Shown: piece after piece, positions 8,308-17,700 of the stretch
Layout of the letters: every line of letters begins with the position of its first letter
Position numbering within the stretch: position 1 is the first letter of the stretch
From: Acutalibacteraceae bacterium
GTDB taxonomy: Bacteria; Bacillota; Clostridia; Oscillospirales; Acutalibacteraceae
Assembly: GCA_036310925.1 (NCBI GenBank)
Contig: JAXJQX010000017.1
Span: 216-64,215 of the forward strand
DNA: 64,000 nt
Direction of reading: 5' to 3'
Made by a program: the position numbers and the translations under genes
The notes under the pieces: model-generated
Seen by the model: the letters and a program-made list of their open reading frames with translations, nothing else
Told to the model about the DNA's origin: nothing
The model's database searches: none

Positions 8308-8820
8308 TTATTCGCCGGGAGCGATATAGCCACGCTCTTTGAGTGCATTTTCAATTCCATCAATAATTTCTTCGGATTCTGCTCGAATAGTGTGGTAATG
8401 ATATCCGCCCGTAATATTCATAAGTTCCGAAGATTTTCCGGTTCTTACTCCCTCGATAAACTGTTTGACTTGAAGGCACGAGAAAATATTAAGTTTTGCT
8501 TCCACCTTACCATACACTTTATGCCATACAAAAACGTCCACAACAGTACCGCCGAGTTCAACAATTAAGGATAATTCATCCTCGGTTTGCTCTGTGGTAT
8601 GATGCAGTTTCAACACTCGCTCCTTTAAAGGCGATTTTTGCATAATGTATCCACTGTGTGTTGAAAGGATATCGTAACCCGAACCTTTTAGCACGGTTAT
8701 ATCTTGAACAATAATCTGTCGTGATACGCCAAAGCGTTCCGAGAGAGTGCCGCCGGAAACAGCATCTTGTTCAGACAGAAGAAGGTTAACAATAGCATTT
8801 CTTCTTTCGGCTGCCTTCAT
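8308..8820 (-). CDS. niaR: NiaR (YrxA-type) transcriptional repressor of NAD biosynthesis
   Basis: N-terminal HTH (RRNAIVNLL..GGTLSERFGVSRQIIVQDI) plus a 3H domain (SGY..H..H). Last gene of the nad operon. Confidence 0.85.
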   Translation of the reverse strand: MKAAERRNAIVNLLLSEQDAVSGGTLSERFGVSRQIIVQDITVLKGSGYDILSTHSGYIMQKSPLKERVLKLHHTTEQTEDELSLIVELGGTVVDVFVWHKVYGKVEAKLNIFSCLQVKQFIEGVRTGKSSELMNITGGYHYHTIRAESEEIIDGIENALKERGYIAPGE

Positions 8821-8834
8821 GAAGTCACCTCTTT

Positions 8835-9686
8835 TTATATAGCGTGAAGATTTTTCAGGGAAAGATCAAGAATCGGAGAAGAGTGGGTTAAAGCACCGCT
8901 TGAAATATAGTTTACACCAATATCTACTAATTTTGCAACATTTTCCTTTGTTACGTTACCGCTGCACTCGGTTTCAGCTCTGCCGGAGGTCAAGCTAACG
9001 GCTTGCTTCATATCCTCAACACTCATATTGTCAAGCATAATGATATCCGCCCCTGCTTCAAGAGCCTCCTTGAGCATATCAAGGTTTTCAACTTCCACTT
9101 CAATCTTACGAACAAAAGGAGCGTATTCTTTAGCCATTAAAACGGCTTGCTTAACACCGCCTGCTGCACCGATGTGGTTATCCTTTAAAAGAATACCGTC
9201 GCTTAGGTTATAGCGGTGATTGTAACCGCCGCCGACCTTAACGGCATACTTTTCAAAAATACGCATACCGGGTGTGGTCTTACGGGTATCAAGAAGCTTT
9301 GTTTTACTGCCCTTAAGAAGATCGGCAATCTTGCGGGTATAGGTTGCAATACCGCTCATACGTTGCAGAAAGTTGAGCGCTGTTCTTTCACCGGAAAGCA
9401 GCACACGAATATCACCCCGAACAGTAGCGAGTTTTTGTCCTTTTTTTACCTCATCGCCATCCTTGCAAGTAAAGGTTACTTCGGTTTTTTGGTCAAGAAG
9501 TTCAAACACTCTCTTGAAAACATCAAGACCTGCAATAATACCGTCTTGCTTGCAAATTAGTTCAACCTCACCAAGTTTATACTCTCTAATAACAGAATTA
9601 GTGGTGATATCCTCGCCGGTGATATCCTCTTGTAACGCCTGCATAATCAAATTATCTGCATTTAATTTCATCGAAATATTATTCAT
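8835..9686 (-). CDS. nadC: Nicotinate-nucleotide pyrophosphorylase (quinolinate phosphoribosyltransferase)
   Basis: ALQEDITGEDITT, LLSGERTALNFLQRMSGIAT, KTTPG.R, MLDN motifs. Confidence 0.92.
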   Translation of the reverse strand: MNNISMKLNADNLIMQALQEDITGEDITTNSVIREYKLGEVELICKQDGIIAGLDVFKRVFELLDQKTEVTFTCKDGDEVKKGQKLATVRGDIRVLLSGERTALNFLQRMSGIATYTRKIADLLKGSKTKLLDTRKTTPGMRIFEKYAVKVGGGYNHRYNLSDGILLKDNHIGAAGGVKQAVLMAKEYAPFVRKIEVEVENLDMLKEALEAGADIIMLDNMSVEDMKQAVSLTSGRAETECSGNVTKENVAKLVDIGVNYISSGALTHSSPILDLSLKNLHAI

Positions 9687-10965
9687 GACTGTTTTTCTCC
9701 TTTTGGATAGCGTCTAAAATTGTTTTCTTATATTTTTCTGCATATCCCTCATATTGATAAGGGTCTACGGTAACCTCATCGTGTTGGTGAGATTCAGAAT
9801 AATTATCTACAATATGATTTGCGGCTCTTTTTGCAAAAACAAGACTTTCAAGCAACGAATTACTTGCCAAACGATTTCTGCCGTGAACGCCGTTACAAGC
9901 CGTTTCACCGGCTGCATACAAACGTCCCATTGATGTTCTGCTGTATCTGTCAACATCAATACCGCCCATAAAATAGTGTTGTGAGGGAACAACCGGAATG
10001 GGCTCCTTGGTTGCATCGTATCCTTCTTCAAGACAACGCTGATAAATATTCGGGAAATGACTTTTTATCTCGCCGGCGGGAATCGGTGCCATTGAAAGCC
10101 ATACGTGCTTACTGCCTTCTTTTTTCATCTCTGCCAAGATAGCATTAGCGACAATATCCCGTGGCAAAAGTTCATTAACAAATCGTTCCCCCTTGGAATT
10201 GAGCAATATCGCACCCTCACCGCGGACAGATTCGGAAATCAAGAATTCTCTGCCCTCATTTTCGGTATAAAGTGTTGTTGGATGAATCTGAATATAATCA
10301 ATGTGCTGTAGTTTAATATCGTGTTTCAACGCAAGGGCTATTGCATCACCGGTTAAATGTTTGTAGTTAGTTGAGTGTTCAAATATACCGCCGATACCGC
10401 CCGTTGCAAGAACGGTATAGTCTGCTTGAATAGCGGAATAAACACCGTTTTCATCGTGTCCTATTATACCGTAACACTCATTGTTTTTGCAAATGAGATC
10501 AACCATCGTATAATTTTCAATGATGGTTATATTCTCTCTGCTTCTTGCGGTTTCGAGCAGATGAGAGGTGATTTCCTTGCCTGTTTCATCCTCGTGAAAA
10601 AGAATGCGAGGATTAGTATGCGCACCTTCACGTGTGTATGTAAATTTCTCACCATTCATTTCAAAACGAACGCCGAAAGAAACGAGATCGGAAATAACCT
10701 CTCCGGAGGAGTGAATCATAATATGAACGGAATCGGGATTATTTTCGTAATGACCTGCCTTCATTGTATCCTCAAAGAAAGCATCATAGTCCTTTTCGTC
10801 ACGAAGAACACAGATACCGCCTTGCGCTAAATAGGAGTCACTTCTTCGTGCTTTGTCTTTAGTTACTACAATAATGTTTTTATCTTTAGGAAGATTCAAA
10901 GCGCAGTAAAGTCCTGCCACACCGCTTCCTACAATTATTATATCGGTTTTAATATTATTTGCCAA
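9679..10965 (-). CDS. nadB: L-aspartate oxidase (short clostridial type)
   Basis: DIIIVGSGVAGL FAD motif, YLAQGGI, HPT, RLYAAGE..G.HGRNRLASNSLLE. Overlaps nadC and nadA. Confidence 0.92.
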   Translation of the reverse strand: MANNIKTDIIIVGSGVAGLYCALNLPKDKNIIVVTKDKARRSDSYLAQGGICVLRDEKDYDAFFEDTMKAGHYENNPDSVHIMIHSSGEVISDLVSFGVRFEMNGEKFTYTREGAHTNPRILFHEDETGKEITSHLLETARSRENITIIENYTMVDLICKNNECYGIIGHDENGVYSAIQADYTVLATGGIGGIFEHSTNYKHLTGDAIALALKHDIKLQHIDYIQIHPTTLYTENEGREFLISESVRGEGAILLNSKGERFVNELLPRDIVANAILAEMKKEGSKHVWLSMAPIPAGEIKSHFPNIYQRCLEEGYDATKEPIPVVPSQHYFMGGIDVDRYSRTSMGRLYAAGETACNGVHGRNRLASNSLLESLVFAKRAANHIVDNYSESHQHDEVTVDPYQYEGYAEKYKKTILDAIQKEKNSHE

Positions 10966-11854
10966 GTTCTAACATCCTTTCCAACGGTCTTAAAGCGCCT
11001 TCACGAATGCTTTTATCTACAGTTATCTCTTTGTCTTCGTTTTCTAAAACCGATAATACCGCTTCCGGTGTATTGAGTTTCATATCTACACAGCAAGGAT
11101 GCGGATTAGGATAATAAAAGCGCTTGTCGGGATTATCGGTCGCAAGTTTATAATCTACACCGTCTTCGGTGCAGATTATGAATTCTTTACAGTCACTTCT
11201 TGTTGCAAAATTAATGATTTCGGCGGTACTGCCTACAAAGTCGGATAGTTCGACCACTTCTTTTTCACATTCCGGATGCGTTAAAACAAGTGCTGCCGGA
11301 TGATTATTCTTTTCGGTCAAAACCTGTGTTACCGTAATATTTGCGTGAATCGGGCAACAACCGTCATTTAGAATGATGTTCTTTTCGGGAACCTGCTTTG
11401 CAATAAAACTGCCGAGATTTTTATCGGGAATAAAGAAGATGTTTTTGTTCGGCAAAGATTTTACAATTTTAACCGCATTGGAGGAAGTTACGCAAACATC
11501 ACTTTTGCATTTCAATTCTGCGGTAGAGTTAATGTAGCACACAACAGCAAGGTCATCGTACCTACTACGCATTTCTTCAACAATCCCGTCTGCAACCATA
11601 TGAGCCATTGGGCAATCTGCAGTAGGATTTGGCATTAAAACCTTTTTGTCGGGATTGAGAATCTTTGCGCTCTCTCCCATAAAGGCAACACCGCAGAAAA
11701 CGATAATATCTGCATCGCTTTGTTTGGCAATCTTTGCAAGATAGAATGAATCGCCTACATAGTCAGCTATTTCCTGCACCTCGGCAGGGGCATAATAATG
11801 AGCGAGAATAACTGCGTTCTTGGCTTTTTTTAATTGTCCGATTCGATTTTTCAT
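10955..11854 (-). CDS. nadA: Quinolinate synthase
   Basis: ILAHYY, DYVGDS, conserved Cys residues (FCGV, MADC, CCP/CC.DM), THPEC. Confidence 0.92.
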   Translation of the reverse strand: MKNRIGQLKKAKNAVILAHYYAPAEVQEIADYVGDSFYLAKIAKQSDADIIVFCGVAFMGESAKILNPDKKVLMPNPTADCPMAHMVADGIVEEMRSRYDDLAVVCYINSTAELKCKSDVCVTSSNAVKIVKSLPNKNIFFIPDKNLGSFIAKQVPEKNIILNDGCCPIHANITVTQVLTEKNNHPAALVLTHPECEKEVVELSDFVGSTAEIINFATRSDCKEFIICTEDGVDYKLATDNPDKRFYYPNPHPCCVDMKLNTPEAVLSVLENEDKEITVDKSIREGALRPLERMLELGK

Positions 11855-11898
11855 TGTCTTTTACCTCATCATACGAACGTTATTGTTTATTGCATTAG

Positions 11899-11927
11899 AT
11901 TATAACACTTGTCTTTACATCTGTCAA
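11899..11927 (-). promoter_or_regulatory. nad operon promoter with a candidate NiaR operator in the spacer
   Basis: Minus strand: TTGACA (11927-11922), 17 nt, TATAAT (11904-11899). The spacer carries two ACAnnTGT units (plus strand ACACTTGT 11905-11912, ACATCTGT 11917-11924). Confidence 0.7.
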
Positions 11928-11990
11928 CTTATGTGTAAACCTTTTGGGGTAGAAGTTTACAACTTACGGTGTCGATTCTATGTGAAAATT

Positions 11991-12030
11991 ACACAAAAAG
12001 AGCTTGAAATCATCGATTCCAAGCTCTTTG
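11991..12030 (-). terminator. Rho-independent terminator after the ECF S-component gene
   Basis: Minus strand: AAAGAGCTTGGAATC-GAT-GATTTCAAGCTCTTT followed by TTGTGT. Confidence 0.75.
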
Positions 12031-12058
12031 CAAAAATGTTTTCTTTCTTACTGATTTT

Positions 12059-12565
12059 TTATAAGGTTTTAAGTTTGTTTAAAACCTTTATTATAGGAAC
12101 AATAAGCACGCCTAAAATTAAATTGCTGAATCCGTGAACCATATCAAAGGGTAAACCCGCAACTATCCAGGCGATTATACCCTTGAAATCAAGTCCGAAA
12201 AGCAATGCCTGTGCCGGGGCGTATATTGTGCCGTATAAAAAACCGTGAAGCGAGCATACCGCAATGTAAACAAACGGGGCAATTTTGGGGTTAATGTTTT
12301 TCGGTATTAGCATTACCGCCCCCCAAAGCACCGCCCAAATATACAAATACGGCAGCCACCAAACCGAAAAGCCCGAAAAAAGACCGACTAAAAACACAAA
12401 TATGTAAATAGAGTAGAGTGCCTTTTTTCGGAAAACTACGGTAAATGCCACCGTAAAAACGGCAAGCAGGTGCATATTCGGTAAAAATTCCATAACATAT
12501 TTTGAAATGCACATTAAAGTGCCCAGCATACCGAAAACCGCAAGTTCTTTAACCGAAAGTTTCAT
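12059..12565 (-). CDS. ECF-transporter S component (CbrT-like; candidate cobalamin/corrinoid specificity)
   Basis: 168 aa, about 6 TM segments, small-S-component architecture. Overlaps the stop of a DUF4430 lipoprotein gene, and the pair sits behind a cobalamin riboswitch. Confidence 0.8.
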   Translation of the reverse strand: MKLSVKELAVFGMLGTLMCISKYVMEFLPNMHLLAVFTVAFTVVFRKKALYSIYIFVFLVGLFSGFSVWWLPYLYIWAVLWGAVMLIPKNINPKIAPFVYIAVCSLHGFLYGTIYAPAQALLFGLDFKGIIAWIVAGLPFDMVHGFSNLILGVLIVPIIKVLNKLKTL

Positions 12566-13023
12566 TACTTTTCGGGTTTAAAACTGTAGACTGAATTTTC
12601 GTTTATTTCGGTTTGGTCTACACCCTTTTCAGCATACTTGCCGTCAACGTAAAATGCCCAATATGTGCCGTCCTTGTCGAAATCCAAAGTAATGCCGTTT
12701 ACGGTTTTAACGTAAAGTCCGTAACTGCCTTCTTCACCGGCAATAATGTTATGCTCTGCCAATGCTTCGCCTACTGTGGTTTTATCGGTCTTAACCGAAA
12801 ATGCGGTTTCATTACCGTTCAAATCCACAGCTACAAAGGAAAGTTTGGCTTTGCCGTTGCCGATTTCTTTAACATCGGTTTGGGTTACGCCCGAAATTTC
12901 GCTTTCTTCATTATCTGCCGTTTTTGTGTTATCGTTACAACCGATTGTAAACAATGCCATAGCCGCAATAAGCAACATACAAAGGATAAACGACAACATC
13001 TTTTTAATGTTTGTCTTTTTCAT
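12565..13023 (-). CDS. DUF4430-domain lipoprotein (transcobalamin-like corrinoid-binding candidate)
   Basis: Signal peptide plus lipobox LFTIGC. The domain core SFVAVDLNGNE..TVGEAL..G.YV..VNG....GTYWAFYVDG resembles DUF4430. Start moved to the ATG behind AAGGAGAA. Confidence 0.8.
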   Translation of the reverse strand: MKKTNIKKMLSFILCMLLIAAMALFTIGCNDNTKTADNEESEISGVTQTDVKEIGNGKAKLSFVAVDLNGNETAFSVKTDKTTVGEALAEHNIIAGEEGSYGLYVKTVNGITLDFDKDGTYWAFYVDGKYAEKGVDQTEINENSVYSFKPEK

Positions 13024-13094
13024 AATTTGTATTCTCCTTTTAAAATTTTTCGGCTTAAAAACCGGCGTTCGCAGTTTATAAGTCAAGCCGTATT

Positions 13095-13255
13095 ATCAAT
13101 GCGGATATTTCGACTGCGGTAGGTTATTTTCCGCCTTCTCGGAAAAACCAATGGCCTGTCCCCGATTTGCGGCATCGGGCAAGGAAAATAACGTTTTTGT
13201 ACCTCACGGCGACGGGCTCGTACAGGAATTGCACCTGTTTCCCCGCAAAGATAAA
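13095..13255 (-). promoter_or_regulatory. Cobalamin (B12) riboswitch
   Basis: Minus strand reads GGGGAAACAGGTGCAATTCCTGTACGAGCCCGTCGCCGTGA ... GGCCATTGGTTTTTCCGAGAAGGCGG ... AACCTACCGC. This matches the GGGAA-GGTG-AA-CC-CCCGC core and the GCCACTG...GGGAAGGC element of RF00174 from memory. Confidence 0.7.
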
Positions 13256-13283
13256 GATATTATACCACAAACTTAAGTTAAAT

Positions 13284-13964
13284 TCAAACTAAAACATAAA
13301 AGAAAACGCTGACCGCCTGTAAAACGGAACCGATAAGCACAAAAAGGTGGAAAACCGAGTGGATATACTTATAATTGTATTTACCCGCAATGCCGTAAAA
13401 TACAGCGCCTATTGTGTAGGAAATACCGCCTAAAAGCAACCAAATAAAGCCGGCAAGCGAAATTGCCTTTACGGTTTGCTTTGCAATAAAAATTATGCAC
13501 CAACCCACCGCAATATAGCATATATTTGAAAAAACCGAATATTTTTTAAGGTCAACGGCATTTAGCGTTACTCCCAATGCCGTCATACCCCAAACAAACC
13601 CAAAAAGTACCCAACCGAGAGCGGTGTTGTACTCCCTTAAAGAACAAAGTGCCAAGGGGGTGTAAGTGCCGGCTATCAGCACAAAAATCGCACAGTGATC
13701 CATAACCTGAAAAACCTTTTTGGCGGTAGGGGGAACAAGACCGTGATATATGCTTGACATTGTGTATAAAATTATCATAGAAAAGCCGTAAATAAATGCG
13801 CTTACAACCTGATAAGCATCGTGATTTAAAAATGCCCTTACAATGCAAAGGGAGGCAATGGCAATACCCAAACCGCCCCCTACAATGTGCGAAACCATAT
13901 TAAAAATTTCCTCGCCCTTTGTGTAAGGCGGTAAAATGCGGTCCTTTAATTTAGTGCGTTTCAT
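13284..13964 (-). CDS. Hemolysin-III / PAQR-family membrane protein
   Basis: 7 TM segments; motifs EEIFN..SH, SS.YH, MDH..IF..IAGTYTP, HLFVL. Start moved to the ATG behind GGAGCA. Confidence 0.88.
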   Translation of the reverse strand: MKRTKLKDRILPPYTKGEEIFNMVSHIVGGGLGIAIASLCIVRAFLNHDAYQVVSAFIYGFSMIILYTMSSIYHGLVPPTAKKVFQVMDHCAIFVLIAGTYTPLALCSLREYNTALGWVLFGFVWGMTALGVTLNAVDLKKYSVFSNICYIAVGWCIIFIAKQTVKAISLAGFIWLLLGGISYTIGAVFYGIAGKYNYKYIHSVFHLFVLIGSVLQAVSVFFYVLV

Positions 13965-14215
13965 ATATGCTCCTTTTTTGTCGAATTTTGGCAAAATGCT
14001 TTACATAATTTTTTTGCGCATTATTGACTTATTAACAGTTTTTCAACTTATTAACATAGTTATCCACCGAAAATTAGCGGTAAAAGCCCATTTTATAGCC
14101 AATACGGTGCAAAACTGTTAATATTTCGGTGGATAAGTCTAATAACTTTTTGAGTTTAATTGGTTTACATAACTTGTGTTTTATGCAAAATTTCGGTCAT
14201 TTATGCGAACGGAAA

Positions 14216-15430
14216 TTACTGTTTTTGAAGAAGTTTATCCATAATATCCGGTCCGTGTTCTACAAAAATTCCGGTAGCAGCGGCGTTCTTTTCGGTAAAA
14301 GATTCCACTCCGCCGAGTTTCTTCCTACTGTCATAAAGCAAATAAGGAACCGGCTCGCTCGAATGGGTTTTAATGTTAAGGGGTGTGGGGTGGTCGGGCA
14401 TAATCAAAATTCTAAAGTCATCGCCGCAATTTTCTAAATATTCATATACAGTTTTAAAAGCACGGCTTTCAATCAGTTCAATGGCCTTAACCTTGTTTTC
14501 AGGTTCACCACGGTGTCCGCATTCGTCGGGCGCTTCAAAGTGAAGATACACAAGGTCGCAGCCGTTTTTGAATTCTTTAATACCTGCATTTGCCTTGCCT
14601 TCGAAGTTAGTGTCAAGATATCCGGTACTGCCTGTAACTTCGGGGGTTTGCATATCGGCACAAATGCCAATACCTTTAAGCAGATCAACCGCACTTACAA
14701 TAGCGCCCTTAACCCCGTTCTTTTCATAAAAGTTTTCCAAAACGGGTTTTCTGCCTTCGCCCCAAAGCCAGATTGAGTTTGCTTCGTTAAGACCTTTTTT
14801 ACGTCTTTCAAGGTTTACGGGGTGGTCTTTTAAAATACCGTAACTTTTTTTCATAAGTTCTATTAAGGGTTTTGCGTTTTGGTTTTTGCTTAAATATTCC
14901 CCTATAACCTTACCGCTTATATCGTGCGGGGGAACCATATTGCCGAGTTCGGTAGTACCGTTGCTTACAACCAGACAATGGCGGTAACTTACCCCGCCGT
15001 AGAACTTGTAAATATCGCTGCCTAATTTTTCTTGCACCGTTTTAATAATTTCGTGTGCCTCTTTGGTGGAAATATCACCTGCGCAGTAGTCAACCATAGT
15101 TTTGTCTTGGTAATTTTCCTCGTCCGAAAGGGTTACAATGTTGCAACGCAAAGCAACGTCGGTAGCCCTTAAATCAACGCCTATAGATGCGGCTTCAAGC
15201 GGTGAACGTCCTGTATAGCAAACATACGGGTCATACCCCAAAACCGAAAGGTTTGCAACGTCGCTGCCGGGTTTCAATCCGTTGCCTACGGTTCGGCAAA
15301 GACCGACTTCGGCATTTTTTGCAAGCGAGTCAATAAGCGGTTTGTTTGCAAGTTCCATTGGGGTTTTTCCGCCAAGTGCGTCATTTGCGGTATCTGCCAT
15401 ACCGTCGCACAGTAATACTAAATACTTCAT
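14216..15430 (-). CDS. apgM: Cofactor-independent phosphoglycerate mutase, archaeal type
   Basis: MKYLVLLCDGMAD..GKTP...A.KP..D, PGSDVANLS.LGYDP, EAPDECGH, IMPDHPTP. Confidence 0.88.
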   Translation of the reverse strand: MKYLVLLCDGMADTANDALGGKTPMELANKPLIDSLAKNAEVGLCRTVGNGLKPGSDVANLSVLGYDPYVCYTGRSPLEAASIGVDLRATDVALRCNIVTLSDEENYQDKTMVDYCAGDISTKEAHEIIKTVQEKLGSDIYKFYGGVSYRHCLVVSNGTTELGNMVPPHDISGKVIGEYLSKNQNAKPLIELMKKSYGILKDHPVNLERRKKGLNEANSIWLWGEGRKPVLENFYEKNGVKGAIVSAVDLLKGIGICADMQTPEVTGSTGYLDTNFEGKANAGIKEFKNGCDLVYLHFEAPDECGHRGEPENKVKAIELIESRAFKTVYEYLENCGDDFRILIMPDHPTPLNIKTHSSEPVPYLLYDSRKKLGGVESFTEKNAAATGIFVEHGPDIMDKLLQKQ

Positions 15431-15548
15431 AATAAGACCTTCTTTAAATATATTATGCTTATTATAACAATTAAACCGCATATTGTAAAGAAAAAACACT
15501 TTAAATTTTTTCGGGTTTAAGGTATTATATTGTAAGAGGTGGTATTCG

Positions 15549-17606
15549 GTGCAAACAAATACAAAGGGCGAAATTTTATCCCCCGTGGGGTCTTTTGAAA
15601 TGTTAGAAGCCGCCGTAAAAAGCGGGGCAGATGCCGTTTACCTCGGCGCAAAGGACTTTTCGGCAAGAAGAAACGCCCAAAATTTCACAAAAGAAGAAAT
15701 CAAAAAAGCGGTCGAATATTGTCATATTAGGGGTGTTAAAACTTATTTAACCCTTAACATTCTGCTTAAAGACGAAGAATTGGAAAAGGCGTTTTTACTG
15801 GCAAGGGACGCTTACAATATGGGAATAGACGGCATTATTGTGCAGGATTTGGGGTTTGCAAAAATTCTTAAAGATTATCTGCCCGAATTACCTTTGCACG
15901 CATCTACCCAAATGTCGGTTCATTCCAAATCCGCCTTGCCGCTTTTAAAGCAACTTGGGTTTACACAGGTTGTAGTATCCCGTGAAATGTCTAAAAATGA
16001 TTTGGAAGAATTTTGCAGGGAAGCGGAAAAATACAATATAACGGTGGAGGTTTTTGTGCACGGTGCGCTTTGTATGTGCGTTTCGGGGCAATGCCTTTTG
16101 TCGGCGTTTTTGGGTTCACGCAGCGGTAACAGGGGACTTTGTGCGGGACCCTGCCGTTTGCCTTTTAAAGTTAAGGGCGGAACGGGGTATGATTTAAGTT
16201 TAAAAGATTTATCACTTTTGGAATATATAACCGAACTTTACGGTATGGGTGTGCGGTCTTTTAAAATAGAGGGACGAATGAAACGCCCCGAATATGTTGC
16301 CGCCGCAACCTATGCCTGCAAACAGGCACTTTATGAGGGTTCGGTGGAAAAGAATCTTAATGAAACTTTGCAAAATGTATTCTCCCGTTCGGGTTTTACG
16401 AGCGGTTATTACCAAAATAAATTGGGTAAAGAAATGTTTGGTATCAGAACCAAAGAAGACGTAATCTCCGCCGATAAAGCTTTTCCGCTTTTGCACGAAC
16501 TTTACAGAAAAGAGCGGAAAAGCGTAGCGGTAACTATTAAAGCCGAAGTTTTAAAAAATAAACCCATATCGCTTACAATTTCCGACGGCGAAAATGCGGT
16601 TACGGTTACGGGTAATATTCCGCAACCTGCTAAAACTAAAGCGGTAACCAAAGAGGATATAACCGAAAATATTACAAAACTCGGTTCAACCCCTTATTAT
16701 CATACCGACTGTGAAGTTGTACTTGACGGTGGACTTTTTGCGGCAAAAGGCGAACTTAACGAACTAAGGCGAACCGCCTGTGAAATGTTGGACAGTAAAC
16801 GTGCAAAAGTCAACCGCACTCAATCTAACACCGAATTTAAACTAAATAAAACAAAAAGCGGTAAAACCGCAGTACCGCAAATTTATATCAGGGTGGAAAA
16901 CAAAGACCAAATCCCAAGCAGTTTAAAGGGAATTTCGGCGCTTATTGTTCCGCTTGAAAAGGATTTTGAGCCCTTTTTGGGTGTAAAAAACATTGTGGAA
17001 ATTCCCCGTGGTATTGTAAGCGAAAGTTTAATAGAAAATCGGCTTAAAATATATAAGCAAAAGGGCTTTGATACCGCCCTTTGCGGTAATATTGCCGCCG
17101 TAACAATAGCAAAACAAAACGGTTTTGAAGTATTGGCGGACACGGGACTTAATGTTTTGAACAGTTTTTCACTTAAAACTTTAAGCGAACTTAATGTTAA
17201 AAGCGCCGTTTTATCGGCGGAAATTTTGTTGGAGGACGTAAAAGAATTAGATAATGAATTGCCAAAAGGCATAATAAGTTACGGCAATATTCCGCTGATG
17301 CTTTTTAAAAACTGCCCTGTAAAAAACGGTATAACCTGTAAAGAATGTAAACAAAACGGCAGTATTACCGACCGCAAAGGCACTGTTTTTCCCGTGCGCT
17401 GCCGAATGGGTTACAGCGAACTTTTAAATTCGGTTCCCATTTGCCTTTCGGATAAACAGGATTTACTTTCTTGGCTCGATTTTCAAATTCTATATTTCAC
17501 AAAGGAAACAAAGGAACAAACCGAAAAAATAATAGCAGATTACATTTACAAAAATCCCCCCGAAAACAAATATACAAGGGGACTTTATTTCAGGGGAGTT
17601 ATGTAA
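15549..17606 (+). CDS. Peptidase U32 family protein (collagenase-like, long form)
   Basis: ILSPVGSFEMLEAAVKSGADAVYLG..FSAR, ..FKIEGRMKRPEYVA U32 signature. GTG start behind AGAGGTGG. Confidence 0.88.
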   Translation: MQTNTKGEILSPVGSFEMLEAAVKSGADAVYLGAKDFSARRNAQNFTKEEIKKAVEYCHIRGVKTYLTLNILLKDEELEKAFLLARDAYNMGIDGIIVQDLGFAKILKDYLPELPLHASTQMSVHSKSALPLLKQLGFTQVVVSREMSKNDLEEFCREAEKYNITVEVFVHGALCMCVSGQCLLSAFLGSRSGNRGLCAGPCRLPFKVKGGTGYDLSLKDLSLLEYITELYGMGVRSFKIEGRMKRPEYVAAATYACKQALYEGSVEKNLNETLQNVFSRSGFTSGYYQNKLGKEMFGIRTKEDVISADKAFPLLHELYRKERKSVAVTIKAEVLKNKPISLTISDGENAVTVTGNIPQPAKTKAVTKEDITENITKLGSTPYYHTDCEVVLDGGLFAAKGELNELRRTACEMLDSKRAKVNRTQSNTEFKLNKTKSGKTAVPQIYIRVENKDQIPSSLKGISALIVPLEKDFEPFLGVKNIVEIPRGIVSESLIENRLKIYKQKGFDTALCGNIAAVTIAKQNGFEVLADTGLNVLNSFSLKTLSELNVKSAVLSAEILLEDVKELDNELPKGIISYGNIPLMLFKNCPVKNGITCKECKQNGSITDRKGTVFPVRCRMGYSELLNSVPICLSDKQDLLSWLDFQILYFTKETKEQTEKIIADYIYKNPPENKYTRGLYFRGVM

Positions 17607-17649
17607 TATTTCCCAAGAAAAATAGCAAAGATTAACCCGTGTTAAATAA

Positions 17650-17679
17650 TTGACAAATAGGGGTTTATTGCAGTATAAT
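17650..17679 (+). promoter_or_regulatory. rnf operon promoter
   Basis: TTGACA (17650-17655), 18 nt, TATAAT (17674-17679), about 20 nt upstream of the rnfC RBS. Confidence 0.7.
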
Positions 17680-17700
17680 GAATAAAAAAACGAAAGGTAT

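Noticed and set aside
8094-8568. ORFs 8094-8363 (-) and 8251-8568 (+)
   Set aside because: They run across the repeat and the ECF-S fragment, or antisense to niaR. They have no RBS and low-complexity translations (MGDGSVSFPVFPF...) generated by the GGGGACGGTTCT repeat.
12291-13122. Alternative ORFs overlapping the ECF-S and DUF4430 genes and the 13086 start of the lipoprotein ORF
   Set aside because: The 5' extension lies in the riboswitch expression platform and lacks an RBS. The ATG at 13023 has AAGGAGAA upstream and begins a typical lipoprotein signal peptide.
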